From Camelus dromedarius (lineage: Eukaryota), in NCBI RefSeq assembly GCF_036321535.1, contig NC_087447.1, forward strand, positions 49,168,001-49,232,000: 64,000 nt of DNA, written 5' to 3'. Each line of letters starts with the position of its first letter. The first letter of the stretch is position 1. The translations under genes and the position numbers were made by a program. The notes under the pieces are model-generated. The model made no database searches. It was not told where the DNA came from and saw only the letters and a program-made list of their open reading frames with translations. Below, piece after piece: positions 27,213 to 39,496 of the stretch.

Positions 27213-27370
27213 ATAGTTCCCCATGCTCTACAGTAAATCCATGTTGCTTATCTATTTTATATATAGCAGTTTGTATCTGCTAATCTCATACTCCTAATTT
27301 ATCCCTCCCCATATTCAATATCTTATAATAACATATAATGGAAAATAATCCGAAATATATATATATATAG
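27213..27370. mobile_element. Short L1 3'-UTR fragment with internal inversion
   Basis: 27213-27310 is antisense L1 3' UTR (tagttccccatgctctacagt...atttatccctcccc), immediately followed by the sense continuation atattcaatatcttataataac...(TA)n. Confidence 0.7.
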
Positions 27371-28607
27371 CGCTAAGTTTTATTTTAGTTAAATTCAATA
27401 GAAGGAAAAGGAACTGAAGTGAAACTGAAGAAACCAATGAAGGTCAGATAAATGTATATTTAGTTGAAGAGATATTAATTCCTAAAAACAACACAATGAT
27501 TAAAAAATTTAAAAATGCTATGAAAAACAAGAGATTGGAGTCATTTCTTAAATTTCTCATTTCAATTTTAGAAGCTATTAGCTTTGTATACTTGTTCTCA
27601 CTTCCTTTGGAGCCTCAGAATGTTAGTAATTAATTTTACTTTGTTAAAATTTATAACATTAATTTATATCCTGCAGTTATAATCCCCAGAGTTCTTGAGT
27701 CTTAGTTCTATATTTAAGTATAGATTCTTTAGTACTCACCACTATCCTTTTACTGTGCTTCTGCATTCCAGAAATCTTTATTTTGATTCATTTCTTGGTT
27801 GTCTGGATTTCTTTATGAAGTAAGTTTTTAATGAAAAGCTCATGGATGCTATACTTACTGAGTTAGGTTTGGAATATTTACCTGTTGTCTTTAGGCTTGA
27901 AGGACTTCAGTGACATTGTTCCACCATTTGGAATGTTGAATGATACTGAGGAGAAATACAATAATTATTTTTTTCTCCCTAAGTGCTTGAAACAATTTTC
28001 TTTATCATTGAGGTTTGATAACTTAAAATATGCATAGGTATCAATCTTCCTGCACCAAGTTTTCTTGAAATATGCTGCACTGTTTAGTGCTGCAGAATTA
28101 GTTCTTTATTCCTTGGAATATCTCTGCTATTTATCTTGGAATACTCTTTCTGTCATAGTCACTGGGTTCTCTACTTCAAGGACACCAAATAGATAAACAT
28201 TTTCTTCCATATTTATTATCTTCTCTCCATTTAGGCATTGGGAAGAAGGAGAGGCACCTGTCTTACACACATCTGTGGGAGACTGTGGTGCTTGTGGGTT
28301 GGAGAAAGCAATAAAGTGATTTTCCTTGCACCCTACCTCCTAAAAATGGTCAGAGAGAAAGTCCTGGGTAAACAAGATGTTGGAGTCAAGGAGAAAAGGG
28401 TAATGGTTTTAAGGAGGAGTCTTGACATTACACTGACTTTTCAAGCTGCACTCTATAGTTTTCCTGGTCCCTGTGGTCCTGCCCTGGCTAGAACTTAACC
28501 TGACCCATTCTTTCTCTGGGACAAATGAGATTTGACTGTTGGGAAGATATCACCATTGATTGGCTCTGTCTCCTGAGGAAGGGGCAGGGTCAGAAGAGGG
28601 CTCTGCT

Positions 28608-29660
28608 GTGTATTAGTCAGAACATTTTTGGTTGCAAGTGACAGAAGCCCAGCTCAAACTAGCTGTACCTGTTGGAATCTTGCTTGCAAATAGCAAAAAC
28701 TGACTCTGATTGGCTTAATCAGCAAAGAATTTTGCTAAAAGATATTAGGCAGCTTACAAAATCTCTGTTGGGCCAGAGAATTTAGGTCACATGCCTGGGT
28801 TCTACTCGCAAGGGAAGCTGGAAAGCAAGAAACAGCTTCTTTTGTGGGAGAAGATGGAAATCCACAAACATAGGAAATTTCTGGACAACCAACATAATAG
28901 CAAATGTCCAACACACTAGCCTGAGTTAAACATGGAATCAATTGTTCACTTAACTGGGAAGCCCAAGGGGATATTTGGGTTTCTGATATAAATGATCCAG
29001 AGATTCACATGGTAACTTTGCTCTCCTGCTCCATCTCTCAAAGATATTTTTCCCATGTTGGTTTCATTCTCAGACAAGTTCTTTCCAAAGCTGCACTATA
29101 ATGTTCATGGACCCTCAGTATTTTTGGTTTTTGAACTGTTTCCTCTATATAAAAATTAAATTTTGTGTAATTGCATTGTTATAAAGATGAATATAATCCG
29201 TGCTGGATTATATTCCTTTTCTTATGATTTTAAAAGAAATTAAAACATTTTCATGGGTTCCTAAAAATATGGTGGGCCTTTGGCACTGTAGGTACTGTAC
29301 TTACGGAGAAGCCAGCCCTGGCTCCTTCAACCACATGGAAAAGTTGGCTAGGAGCAAATCTTGACTCACAGCGTTCATACTGTTCTTACAAATCCTAATC
29401 CCAGGTGATGAGAGTGTGCATTGCTCTTTCTCCTATTGTGTATATTATTGCTTGAAAATTCCCTCTGCTCATGTGTGGAAGGATCACTGTGCTCAGGGTA
29501 TAGGGATTTTCTAGCCAGACTGGGTCATGTGCCCACTCTTAAGGTGGGAGAGGTGATGCTGTGTGTGGCTGATGACCCCACTGAGTTGCATGGAGTAGGG
29601 GGTTGTAGTTTCTAAAAAGAAGAGATGCTGGGCACACAAAAAGTACTCGGTGTCCACTCC
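28608..29660. mobile_element. Old ERVL/MaLR-type LTR remnants (LTR33-like), nested
   Basis: Starts tgtattagtcag...ttggttgcaagtgacagaagcccagctcaaactagct; later gccagactgggtcatgtgcccac. Confidence 0.55.
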
Positions 29661-30858
29661 AGCCACATAGTGATGTAATTGAAGGCAGAGAAGTGGTTCA
29701 CTGTCATAGACAATCTGACCTTACAGGGAAGTGACTGAGCAAGTTGGCAGCTCTGACCTTCCTTTAGGTTTGCCTCTGAGCACCATCTCAGAAGGAGCAA
29801 AGCACTTCCTGGCAGGTGCACTGGAAAGCTGATTTATTTGTTCAGGTACCATCAGTAGTTAGGAATAAAGTCATAGAACTAAAGAGTCCACATTTCTATA
29901 CTCTTTGACTTAAAATTTTAAGAATTTGGAATCATTGGCAATTAGTTCCTAATTTTGGATGCTGAGTCTACAATCTCTAAAATCATGGAATTTTCTATTT
30001 TTATCCCCATTTTTTGGGGAATCTTTGTTTCTAAGTTTTAAATTTTACAGTCTTAAACCTTAGACCCTGAGTCTGGGAACTTTAGAATCATACTCTGAGA
30101 ATGGTTTAGAATAATAGAATACTAGCATTTTGAACCTTACTCTCAGAATCTTGGCTTTGTAATCACGAGTCTTCAAAATCAGAGAAGCTTGGGCTCAGAC
30201 TGCTGGACTCTTGACCCTGGGACCTCTGTACTGTCAGGGATTAAAGTCAGGAAAGAACCTTCTTTGGTGCCTCAGACCTTCACAAGAGGGCACTGGGGCA
30301 GGTGGTGAATTTAGATCCCTGGTATAGTTGCTGTTCTGGGTATCCCATCCTGAACCTGATCTGCCTGGCGACCTCACATTCTCCCCCACAGCCTAGGACA
30401 TGTATTTACAACACCCTGAGCCCAGGCCACCTCATCTTCTTGGGGCTGTTTCTTCTCTTCCTGGGATCAGGGTGTCCAAGCCTCCACTGGTGACTACTCA
30501 CATGAATAGAATCCAATACTGGGCAGATGAACCAGTAGGAGAGGGCAATAGTCACCTTGCCAGACATTTTCCTGGAGGTCCTCTGAGCTTTCTTGAGGCA
30601 ATGAAGTCTTCTCTGAATATTGGCCTACTGGCAACTGGAACAGAAGGAATCCCAGCCTTGGAGGAGGCCTCCAGTAGAATATAGAAATACGAAAGAATCT
30701 CACCAGGCTCTTGCAACACACCATAAGAGCAACTGCTGTCTGGGGCCTAATATTCAGTATTATCTTACTACTCTGTCATATTATTGAGATATCTGATTGC
30801 CACCTCTCCATACTGAACATTAATTAAGCAGTTCAGGGGTTGGAAAATTCCCTGAAAC

Positions 30859-31484
30859 TGTAACTGAGTAGGACCCTATGAGGCCTTCCTGGGGCAGACC
30901 TCCCCCACCATGTCCTCCACCTGCCTCTTGTTTGTAGAACCAACTTTAGCCTCCTAGGCCTCTTCTGAGTTCCAAAGAATAAATTTAATCAGAGAAGTGA
31001 GAAAATTCAGGAACAAAGGAAAATAGTCAAGCAAGACAAAATAATAATAGTTTAGCCATTAAACAAAGTCAGAGACTTTTTAGTTCCTCTTCAAAGTCTA
31101 TAGATGATATTTTGAGCCATATTCTTTGAGCTGTTTGAAATATACTGAAACCATCACCAAGTGGAAGAAATTAACTGTATGCTACCCACAAGCATGTAGC
31201 CCCCAGACCGTTTGGAACCAAAAGGTTGGTGATATTGGCTCCCGATTACTTCACCACCAACCAATCAGGAGAACGTCCATGAGCTGATCATGTCCCCCTG
31301 AAACTCCCCTTTAAACTTTCTTGCCCCTTGATTGGCAATGGGGAGTTGGTTCTTTGAGACATGAGTCTACCTTCTCCCCAGGATTGCCAGCTTCCTCAAT
31401 AACGCTGTCTTTCCTTTTACCCAACACTTGTCTCTCAGTATTGGATTCTTGAGTGATAAGCAGCTGAATCTGAGTTTAGCAGCA
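30859..31484 (+). mobile_element. Solo ERV LTR (ERV1-like)
   Basis: TG...CA termini with 4-bp TSD aaac (30855-30858, 31485-31488) and an internal CCAAT. Homologous to the LTR at 63280-63874. Confidence 0.85.
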
Positions 31485-31997
31485 AAACTAGAGATTATCC
31501 GAGGGAATCTACTCAGAATAAAATGTAACACAAAACAGTGGGTCTAGTCCTTAACTTTTTCTAATGATTATTATTTTGTTTTAAGCAAATGTCTTTATAA
31601 TGATATCTATGCATTTATATGTAATACATGTATGCTTATTTATATTCTATGCAAAAGAAGGGTTTAGAAATTGAAGACAATGTAAAATAGGGCAAAACAT
31701 AAAAAAATAATCTAGAGGGAGGGAAAAGAGCAGTAGACATTTTCAGGCAACAAGATGGCCCTGAGTTCATGTAAGACAAGGCAGAGAAAGAGTCTGTATA
31801 TGAAGGATTTCATTGTTAGGGAAAAAAAAAAAGAAAATAGTTTACTTTTGATAAAATGTTTTTTCTCCCACTGCATTTAAGGAGAAAGTTATAGGGCAGT
31901 GCTGAGTAGTATAATGGGCACTGTAATCCACTCATTGATTCTGCAGGATAATATTAAAAACCTAATGTTTACTGAGTGCTTACTATGTGCTTATTTG

Positions 31998-32130
31998 TGT
32001 TAGAAATGCAAATTCCTGGGCCCCATTCAAGACAAACTGAATAAAAAATTTCAGCAGGGGGCCCAGTAACCAGTGTTTCAACAAGCCCTCAGTGTGATTT
32101 TAATGCACACAGAAGTTCAAGAACCACTGA
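31998..32130. mobile_element. MER5-family MITE
   Basis: gttagaaatgcaaattcctgggcccca...aacaagccctc...aagttcaagaaccactg. Confidence 0.7.
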
Positions 32131-33245
32131 TGTGGAGGGGAGGGGCAGTTTGGGGTTCTGTGCCACCAGGAATGACCCTCCAGGTTCTTGAACCTCTTAG
32201 GGAAATTGACTTTTGAATCTGTCATCTGTTCTTCCCGTGAGATTAAGAGAAGGGGCACTTGAAGAGCAGAGACAGCTTAATGGAAATGGAATGGATCTCA
32301 GCCAGGAGACCTAGGCTATGGCCCCAGCTTCTTCTTTAATTTACTGAGTCCATGGGAAACACATCCTTTCCCTCTTTGGGTGTGAGTATATCCATCTATA
32401 AAACGTGGGGTCTGATGTGGTGATTGTTCAGAGATTGTGAGGGAACTAATGCCAAATGACACCACATGCCAAGGGCAGAACTATTTGTCAAGCTGCTACT
32501 GTGTGCCAGGTCCTATGAGAGGTGCTGGGCATGTAGGAATGGAAAAGGCAGAGGCTGTCTGTCCTCACATAGCTTGGAGTCTAACGGAGAATAAATACAA
32601 GTAATGACAAGGTAATTTATAACTCAGTGTGATAAGGGCTATAATTGGGAACCTCTGTACCAGCTAGAAACTGATCTTCTTTTTCTAGCATAACAAGTAA
32701 AAAATGGAAATGCTTTTTTACAATAGTAAAACAGATGATGAAGTTTAAACTATCAAAAAAGACTATCATGTTTGTTGAAAAATTAAAAATTTGAATGAAA
32801 GACATGAGAGAAGATTTGAATAAATGCAGGAGCTGTATCAAATAAGTAGGAGAGGTAGCATAATGCAGTCTCAAAAAGTTATTGCTACACTTTTGAGGGA
32901 GCTTACAAACATGTTCCAAAATTTAAATGAACGAATAAAGTCAACTTCAAGAAATATGAAAGGTCAGAGGGGGCTTCCTGAATCAGGTAAAAAGACATAC
33001 TACAAAGCTATAGTATAATAATATGGTACTGACATAGCAATAGGCAAATAGACAACAGAACAAAACAAATAGCTCAGAAGTATACAAGTGTATAGGGAAC
33101 TTGATATTGATAAAGATATAAAACAGTGAGGAAGGACAGATTTTAAAAAAATAGACTTGCAAAAAGATGGCTTCAAATATGAAGAAAAATAAAGCAGACT
33201 TCCTACCTTACAACTTAAACAGAAAGGAACTCCACATGAATTCAA

Positions 33246-33399
33246 CTTTTACCTTTTTTTTTTTTTTTTACTGTATTATATTTTGCAGTGGAGAGGTAAT
33301 TAGGCTTATTTACTTACTTTTTAATGGAGGCACTGGGGATTGAACCCAGGACCTTGTGCATGCTAAGTATGCACTGTACCACTGGGCTATACCTTCCCC
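33246..33399 (-). mobile_element. tRNA-derived SINE, camelid Vic-1-like
   Basis: The reverse strand reads ggggaaggtatagcccagtggtacagtgc...ggtcctgggttcaatccccagtgcctcc (A and B boxes) with an A-rich tail. Flanked by the direct repeat tgaattcaa (33237-33245, 33403-33411). Inserted in an old L1. Confidence 0.85.
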
Positions 33400-33964
33400 T
33401 CCTGAATTCAAGATACAAGTATAAAAAACCTAGGAAGCTAATGAAAGAAAATGTTGGTGAATAGCTGTGATATAGTGGTGAGGAAAGGCTGAAAACCCAC
33501 ATACCAAAAGGTAAAAAATGTGATGGATTTAAGTATATCAAAATTAAGAATTTCTGATCAATGAAGGACAGATTACGAACTTGAAAAAACGTATTTTCAG
33601 TATTTAAAGTTGACAAGGCACAAACATACAGAAGTCCTGAAAGCAGAAATATTACAAGAATTCCAAAGAAAATGAGCGAAGTTTCTCAATAAGCAATACA
33701 CATAAGGGGAAATGCTAGTTGCTACCAAGTATTTACAGAGATGATTCATTAGTAATCAGAGATGCAAGTGAAACAGAATGAGGTACCACTTTATCCTGAT
33801 AAAGATGAAGAAAATTAGAAAGTTGGATAATACCAATGTTGGTATTGGGGGGAAGATGTGGGGGATAGGGTGGGAACTATACAGTCTGTAATTCATTATT
33901 GCTGGGAGTATAAGTGGCACAGGAAGCACTATTTCATTCTAGGAAACAATATTGAAGTACATAT

Positions 33965-34592
33965 AGTCAATTTTCATTATTTGTGGTAGTTATGTTTTAT
34001 AAGGTCACTGCAAACCCTAAATTAGTGAACATATTCCATCACTCTTCTAGGGGAAACAAAGGATTAGTTTCCTATGAGCCTCTTGTCACATTTTTGTCAA
34101 ATGATCAAACACATAACCTTGTTTTATAGATGTTTCTATTTAAAAACCCCTTATTTAATATATATTGTTGATTCATTAACATTGAACTCATGCCAACAGC
34201 ACTATAACTCATGCCTGAGAGAGGCTTATCTAACACATGTATTTTCTCCAGAAGGCACATCACAGACTTTTTGTGCTCAGGAGCCATAGACAGCACTTGA
34301 GCACTATGCTTGGGTACAAATTTAAAAAGGAAATTACCAAAATAGCACAAAAATGTGAAAAACAATGCAAAAATAGACCATGGAAATAACACATGTTCAC
34401 AGTATGAGCTGAAACAAGACAACAGTGTTGCCTGGTTAGACCTCACTAAGAATGTACATATGATGACTCAGATATTGTGCTGCTTTGGGTGTGTCTGAGA
34501 GTAACCCTGAAAGTGCCAAGAATGTTGGTTTTGGGGTTAGTGAGTAAGCAAATTTGCAAATACAGAATCTGCAAATAATGAAGAGGGAGTAT
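33965..34592 (-). mobile_element. Tigger4/Zombi-like TcMar DNA transposon derivative
   Basis: Minus-strand peptide LLEKIHVLDKPLSGMSYSAVG resembles the CENP-B-type HTH of Tigger transposases. Terminal inverted similarity ttcattatttg / caaataatgaa. Confidence 0.75.
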
Positions 34593-35399
34593 GTTTAGCT
34601 GAAGTTTGTCCATACCCGTGACTAACCTATATTTGAGTCCTTATTATATATTTCAGGGACAATCCTCTACGGGATCGTACAAGGACATATACAAGGACAT
34701 TTATCATGACACTGTGGTAGCGAAGAGTTGGAGGCTATTTAGGTGTTCTGCACTAGGAGAAAAGTAAAATGTGATAAAATCATACTGTGGAATATTATGC
34801 ATCAATTGGAACCAATGAAACTTTATCTATAAATAGCAACACAGACAGATCTAAAAAACAGAACTGAGTGGAAAATGTAAGAAGTAAATAGAGACATGTA
34901 ACATAATTCTTTTTATATAAATAGACCTGTTCATTCATGCACAAAACACTACCTACTTTACAAAGATATGCTTATATTTATGGACATACAGCAAACACAT
35001 CAGAGTGGGTGCTTAAACGGGAAAGGGGGATGGAATGGGAATTTGAGCATTGGAAGTAAAGGGGAGGACAAATAAAACCAGCAAGGAGCCTACACAGACT
35101 GATGGGTATAATGTGCTCGGAGCTCTTTTCTCCTAAGGTCTCCTTAAATTAAAAATTTAAAAGTGCCATTATGGGGGAATTATAAAGTGCTAAGGGGGCA
35201 CATACAAAGGGCATCTACTCCACTTTTCAGGGTGAGGTGCCAGGGCTCCCCTGAGAAAGCAATGTTTCAGAAGAAACTTGAGTAAGATTTTAGCTGAAAT
35301 GGACAAAGAGGAAGAGGGTTTAAGGAAGAGAGAAGAGTGACTTACTGGTAAGAATGAGAACTTTGTGTGTTTGGGAAACTGAAAGCAGTTGGCAAGAAC

Positions 35400-35562
35400 T
35401 TCTGTATAGCATGGGAACTATATTCAATTTCTTGTAATGAGCCATAAATGGAAAAGAAACTGAAATATGTTATATGTATAACTGAATCACTTTGCTGTAT
35501 ACCTGAAACTAACATTGTAAATAGACTATACCTCAATAAAAAAAAAAGAAAAGAAAAAGAAA
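35400..35562 (+). mobile_element. Short L1 3' tail inserted in L2
   Basis: ctgtatagcatgggaactatattcaa...poly(A), flanked by aagaacttc/aagaagttc. Confidence 0.8.
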
Positions 35563-36144
35563 GAAGTTCAGAGTTGCCATGAGAGAGGCAATGGTGAGAT
35601 CTGAAGTCAAAGAAGTCATTTAGGGCCAGATCAGGGAAGGCCTGTAAGTTATGTGGAGGGTAGTAAGGTGACCAGATTTGTATGTCAGAAAGCCCATTCT
35701 GGCCCCTGATGAAATGGAGGGCAGGCACACAGGCAAAGGGACCAGCCAAGAGACTCTTGTGCTCATTCAGGAGAGAGTAGGTGGTAACATGGCACCAGGG
35801 TGGACGAAGTGGAACAGAGAGGAGTGGATGCAGTCTAGAGATATTTGAGAGATGAAATTTCCCAGTCTGACTCAAATCTTCACAACAACTATGTGACACA
35901 GATAAGGCAACAACTCCCCTAAGTGTCCCAGGTTTCAAATGCCTACCTTCCCACCCCAATTGTTAAGGCAGACTGCTCCACTAACTCTAGTGTCCATGTT
36001 GAACCATGTGATTGAACACCACACATCTTTCTCTGGCCACAGCTAGTCCGTCGGTCTGGAGTGGGCATCTGACAAGATGGCAGCCAGCCCCTAGGCTACT
36101 CAGGGACCTGTGACCTATGGCCTGATTTAAAACTATTTGTCAAA

Positions 36145-37140
36145 ATATTTTTTATTGTGGCAAAACATACGTAATATAAAATTTATCATTTTAACCATTT
36201 AAAAATGTACAATAGAGGGCATTAAGTCCATTCACAGTGTTATGCAACCATCACCACGGTACATTTCCAGAACTTTTTTATCATCCCAAACAGAACTCCA
36301 TATGCATAAAACAATAACTTTCCCTTTTCCCTGTCACTTCCCAGCTCCTGGTAACCATTATTTTACTTTCTGTTTCTGTGATTTGACTATTCCAAGTACC
36401 TCATGTAAGTGGAATCACATAATATTAGTTTTTTTGGTGTCTTGGCTTATTTCACTTACCATAATGTCTTCAAAGTTTATCCACATTGTAGAATGTATCA
36501 GAATTTCATTTCTTTTTAAGGCTGAATTATATTCCACTGTAGGTATATGCTTATCTGTTCATCTGTCGATAGACATGTGGTTTCCATCTTTTGGCTATTG
36601 TGAATGAGGCTGCTATGAACATTGGTGTACAGATGTCTCTTAGGACTCTGCTTTCAATTCTTTTGGATATATACCCAAAAGTAGAATTGATGGAACATTT
36701 GGTAATTCTATGTTTAAATTTCTGAGGAACCACCATATTATTTTCCACAGGGGCTGCACAACTATTTCAAGGTTTCCAACTTCTGCACATCCTCACTAAC
36801 ACTTGTTATTTTCCATTTTTTGACAATAGGTATCCTAAGGAGTATGAAGTGATATCTCATTACGGTTTTGATTTGCCTGATGGCTGGTAATGTTGAGCGT
36901 ATTTTCATGTGCTTATTTGCCATTTGTATATCTTCTTTAGAGAAATGTCTACTCAAATCTTTTGCCTATTTTTTGAACTGGGTTGTTCGTTTTTTGTTGT
37001 AGTTGCTGAATTGTAGGAATTCTTTATATATTCTGGATATTAACCCCTTATCAAATTTGCAAATATTTTCCCCCACTGCGGATTTTCTTTTTAGTCTCTT
37101 GATAGTGTCCTTTGATGCACAAAAGCTGAAATGACTTTTT
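36145..37140 (-). mobile_element. L1MA-type 3' region
   Basis: Peptides [16 protein letters not shown] and RDICTPMFIAASFTIAKRWK on the minus strand. Confidence 0.9.
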
Positions 37141-38037
37141 AAAATTGGGAAATACAAAGAGACTGTGCCAGTTAGCGGGTGAGGCTATAGGTGAAAGACA
37201 TTCTTCAGGATGAAATTTGGCATTGGGGAAGGGAATAAAGAGCTTGGGCTGGTTTCTAAGGCCAAAAAGAAGAATACCTAGGACTGTATCTTGAGAAAGA
37301 GTGGAGGTCCTGGACACAGCATACTACTGATGGCAGGGAGAGACTTCTCTACGTAGCTCCCCATTGTCATGGATAGGAAAACTATGGTGTGGCTTAGAAT
37401 TAAAAGGATTGTAAAGGTTTTTTGCCCACAGGCTTGGTGAGGGACACTTCTTGCCTAAGCACAAGCTAGAGGAAGAGCATGCTCTACTTTTATGATGCCA
37501 TGAGGGGTTAGACACCAGAGGTAAATTTCCTATATGACTGGTATTGAAATATTGGTAGTGGCAGTGAGTTTCCAGGCAACAGGGTTGAGATAGTAGTAGT
37601 TTCAGACTTTTTCCTTGAAGGGAATTTCTAAGTTGCTACTCCAGCAAGAAAGGCAAAGCTGATTCATATCTATGTGTCAGCAATTCTGGGGACATTTAGA
37701 AATATTAGAAGAGGAAATACAAAGGAAAAGACTGAATTTCTTTCTAGTCAAATACTTGAAGTCTCTGAGAATCAAAATTGCTTAAATAATGGAAATGTGC
37801 CCACAACTGTACTCACAGTCTTGTGAAATTTAGGATTCACAGCTTTAAAATTGAATAGAAAAATCCAACCCATTTTGTCTGTGAAATAAGGAAAGAAAAT
37901 CATTATTTTATTACAATGGAAGAATACCTAGGACTGTACTTTGAGAATTGTTATTCTAATTGTCTGGCTATCTGAAATGTCCACTTTTCCCTCTACTGTT
38001 ATTTGTGTTTGTGAGAAGATAAAGTTACACCTATGAA

Positions 38038-39016
38038 TCAGGATTTCCCAGCATTCTTTGGGTCCTGGGGATGTGCCATTTTGTTGATGGCTGCTTTGAC
38101 ATCCTTGTTCCTCAGTGTGTAGATGAGGGGGTTGAGGACTGATGTGAGAATAGCATACACCACGTTGCCCATGACGTGGAAGTCAAGGGGCAGGTCTGCC
38201 CTATAGGCCACATAGGCTATGGCAATGGAGGAGTAGTAGGTGCCAACCACCAGCAGGTGGGAGCTGCACGTGGAGAAGGCTTTTGAGCGTCCTTCTCGGG
38301 AGCTGATGCAAAGCACCGAGGCCAGGATGTGGGCATAGGAGAGAAGCACCAGGAGAAGGGGCAGGAAGGACACCACCATGGCGATGCAAAAGCCCATGAG
38401 GGTCTGGGGTGTGGTGTCAGAACAGGAGGCCTGGACCACAGCCAGCTGGTCACAGAAGCAATGGTAGATGTGAGCAGTGCTGTCAAAAGCCATGTGGGAG
38501 GTCTGCACCACTGCTGGGATGGGCAGGAGGAGGGCAGTGAGCCAGGCACTGGCTGCCAGTGCAGCATTGATCTGTGAGGTCATGAGGACAGGGTAGTGCA
38601 GTGGGCAGCAGATAGCCACATAGCGGTCATAAGCCATGACCACCAATTGAAGGCTTCAGAGCAGGAGAAGCTGTGGAAAAGGTACATCTGCAGGAAGCAG
38701 GCAGTGAAGCTGAGGTAGTGGTCCCCAAGTAAGAGTAGGGACAGCATCTTAGGGACAGCATCTTGGGGAGAGTGGTTGTAGTGAAAAGAATGTCCAGGGC
38801 TGAGAGGTTGATCAGGAAGAAGTACATGGGCTTGTGGAGTCTGGGCTGTATCACCACAGACACCAGGATCAGGGTGTTATCCACCAGGATGAGCAGATAG
38901 AGGAGGAGAAAGACAAAGAAGATAGGAAGGAAGAGGGATTTTGGCAGAGAAGGGATGCCCATAAGGAAGAAGATGGTCGATGAGCCCTCTGATCCATTAT
39001 AGGCTACAGTTTCCAT
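38038..39016 (-). pseudogene. OR2AT-subfamily olfactory receptor pseudogene (positionally like human OR2AT2P)
   Basis: Two ORF-track pieces (38627-39016, 38038-38646) together give a full OR with LHKPMYFFL, MAYDRYVAIC, KAFSTCSSHL and LNPLIYTLRN motifs. The frame is broken by a 14-bp tandem duplication (agggacagcatctt at 38737-38750 and 38751-38764) and a 1-bp deletion near 38646 (caccaattgaagg vs caccaggatgaagg in the paralogue). 979 bp minus the net 13 bp = 966 bp, the length of the third paralogue. Confidence 0.95.
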
Positions 39017-39360
39017 GATGGGTTAAGCTGTATGCCCAGGTGGTAGGTAGTGGGAACAGGTGGGAACCAGAAAAATCAGTGATTCTGGAATGAGAATTAC
39101 ATAATAATCACTGTATAATTAATATAACTATCTTTATTTACAGCCAACTCTAGAAGAGAGATGATGGGATCTGCCTTCATCCTTCATCCCTTCATCCTTC
39201 ACCCTCCATCTATTTTTCCTTTTTTAAAATTAAGTATGGAAAAAGTACCTATGATATACAAAATCATGTATTATATACTGGGTATATAACAAGTTGAACA
39301 AAACAAATAAGGTCTCTAACTTCATGGATCTGAAATTTTGGTGGTAGAGAAAGACATTAA

Positions 39361-39496
39361 AGGAGGGGAGGGTATTGCTAAAGTGGTAGAACACACGCTT
39401 AGCATGCACAAGGTCCTGGTTCAATCCCCAGTACCTCCTCTAAAAATAAGTAAATAAACTTAATTACCTCCTTCCCCACACCAAAAAAAAAAAAAA
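39361..39496 (+). mobile_element. tRNA-derived SINE, camelid Vic-1-like
   Basis: ggggagggtattgctaaagtggtaga...ggtcctggttcaatccccagtacctcc followed by poly(A). TSD aaagacattaa at 39350-39360 and 39497-39507. Confidence 0.88.

Larger units (their letters stand above)
32650..35060 (+). mobile_element. Highly decayed L1 (L1ME-like) hosting the SINE and the Tigger
   Basis: acatactacaaagctatagtataata...gacaacagaacaaaac, agtaatcagagatgcaagtgaaac and catactgtggaatattatgcatc are L1 ORF2 3'-region relics. Confidence 0.65.

Noticed and set aside
34105..34446. Transposase-like ORF as a possible domesticated gene
   Set aside because: Only a short, frameshifted HTH remnant within a ~630-bp non-autonomous Tigger copy.
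35342..35959. 205-aa ORF, the longest non-OR ORF
   Set aside because: It runs through L2 and an L1 tail with a poly(T) tract and has no recognisable domain; a chance ORF in repeats.
39365..39440. tRNA-like sequence with A/B boxes (also 33325-33399)
   Set aside because: Followed by a SINE body, poly(A) and TSD; a tRNA-derived SINE rather than a tRNA gene.
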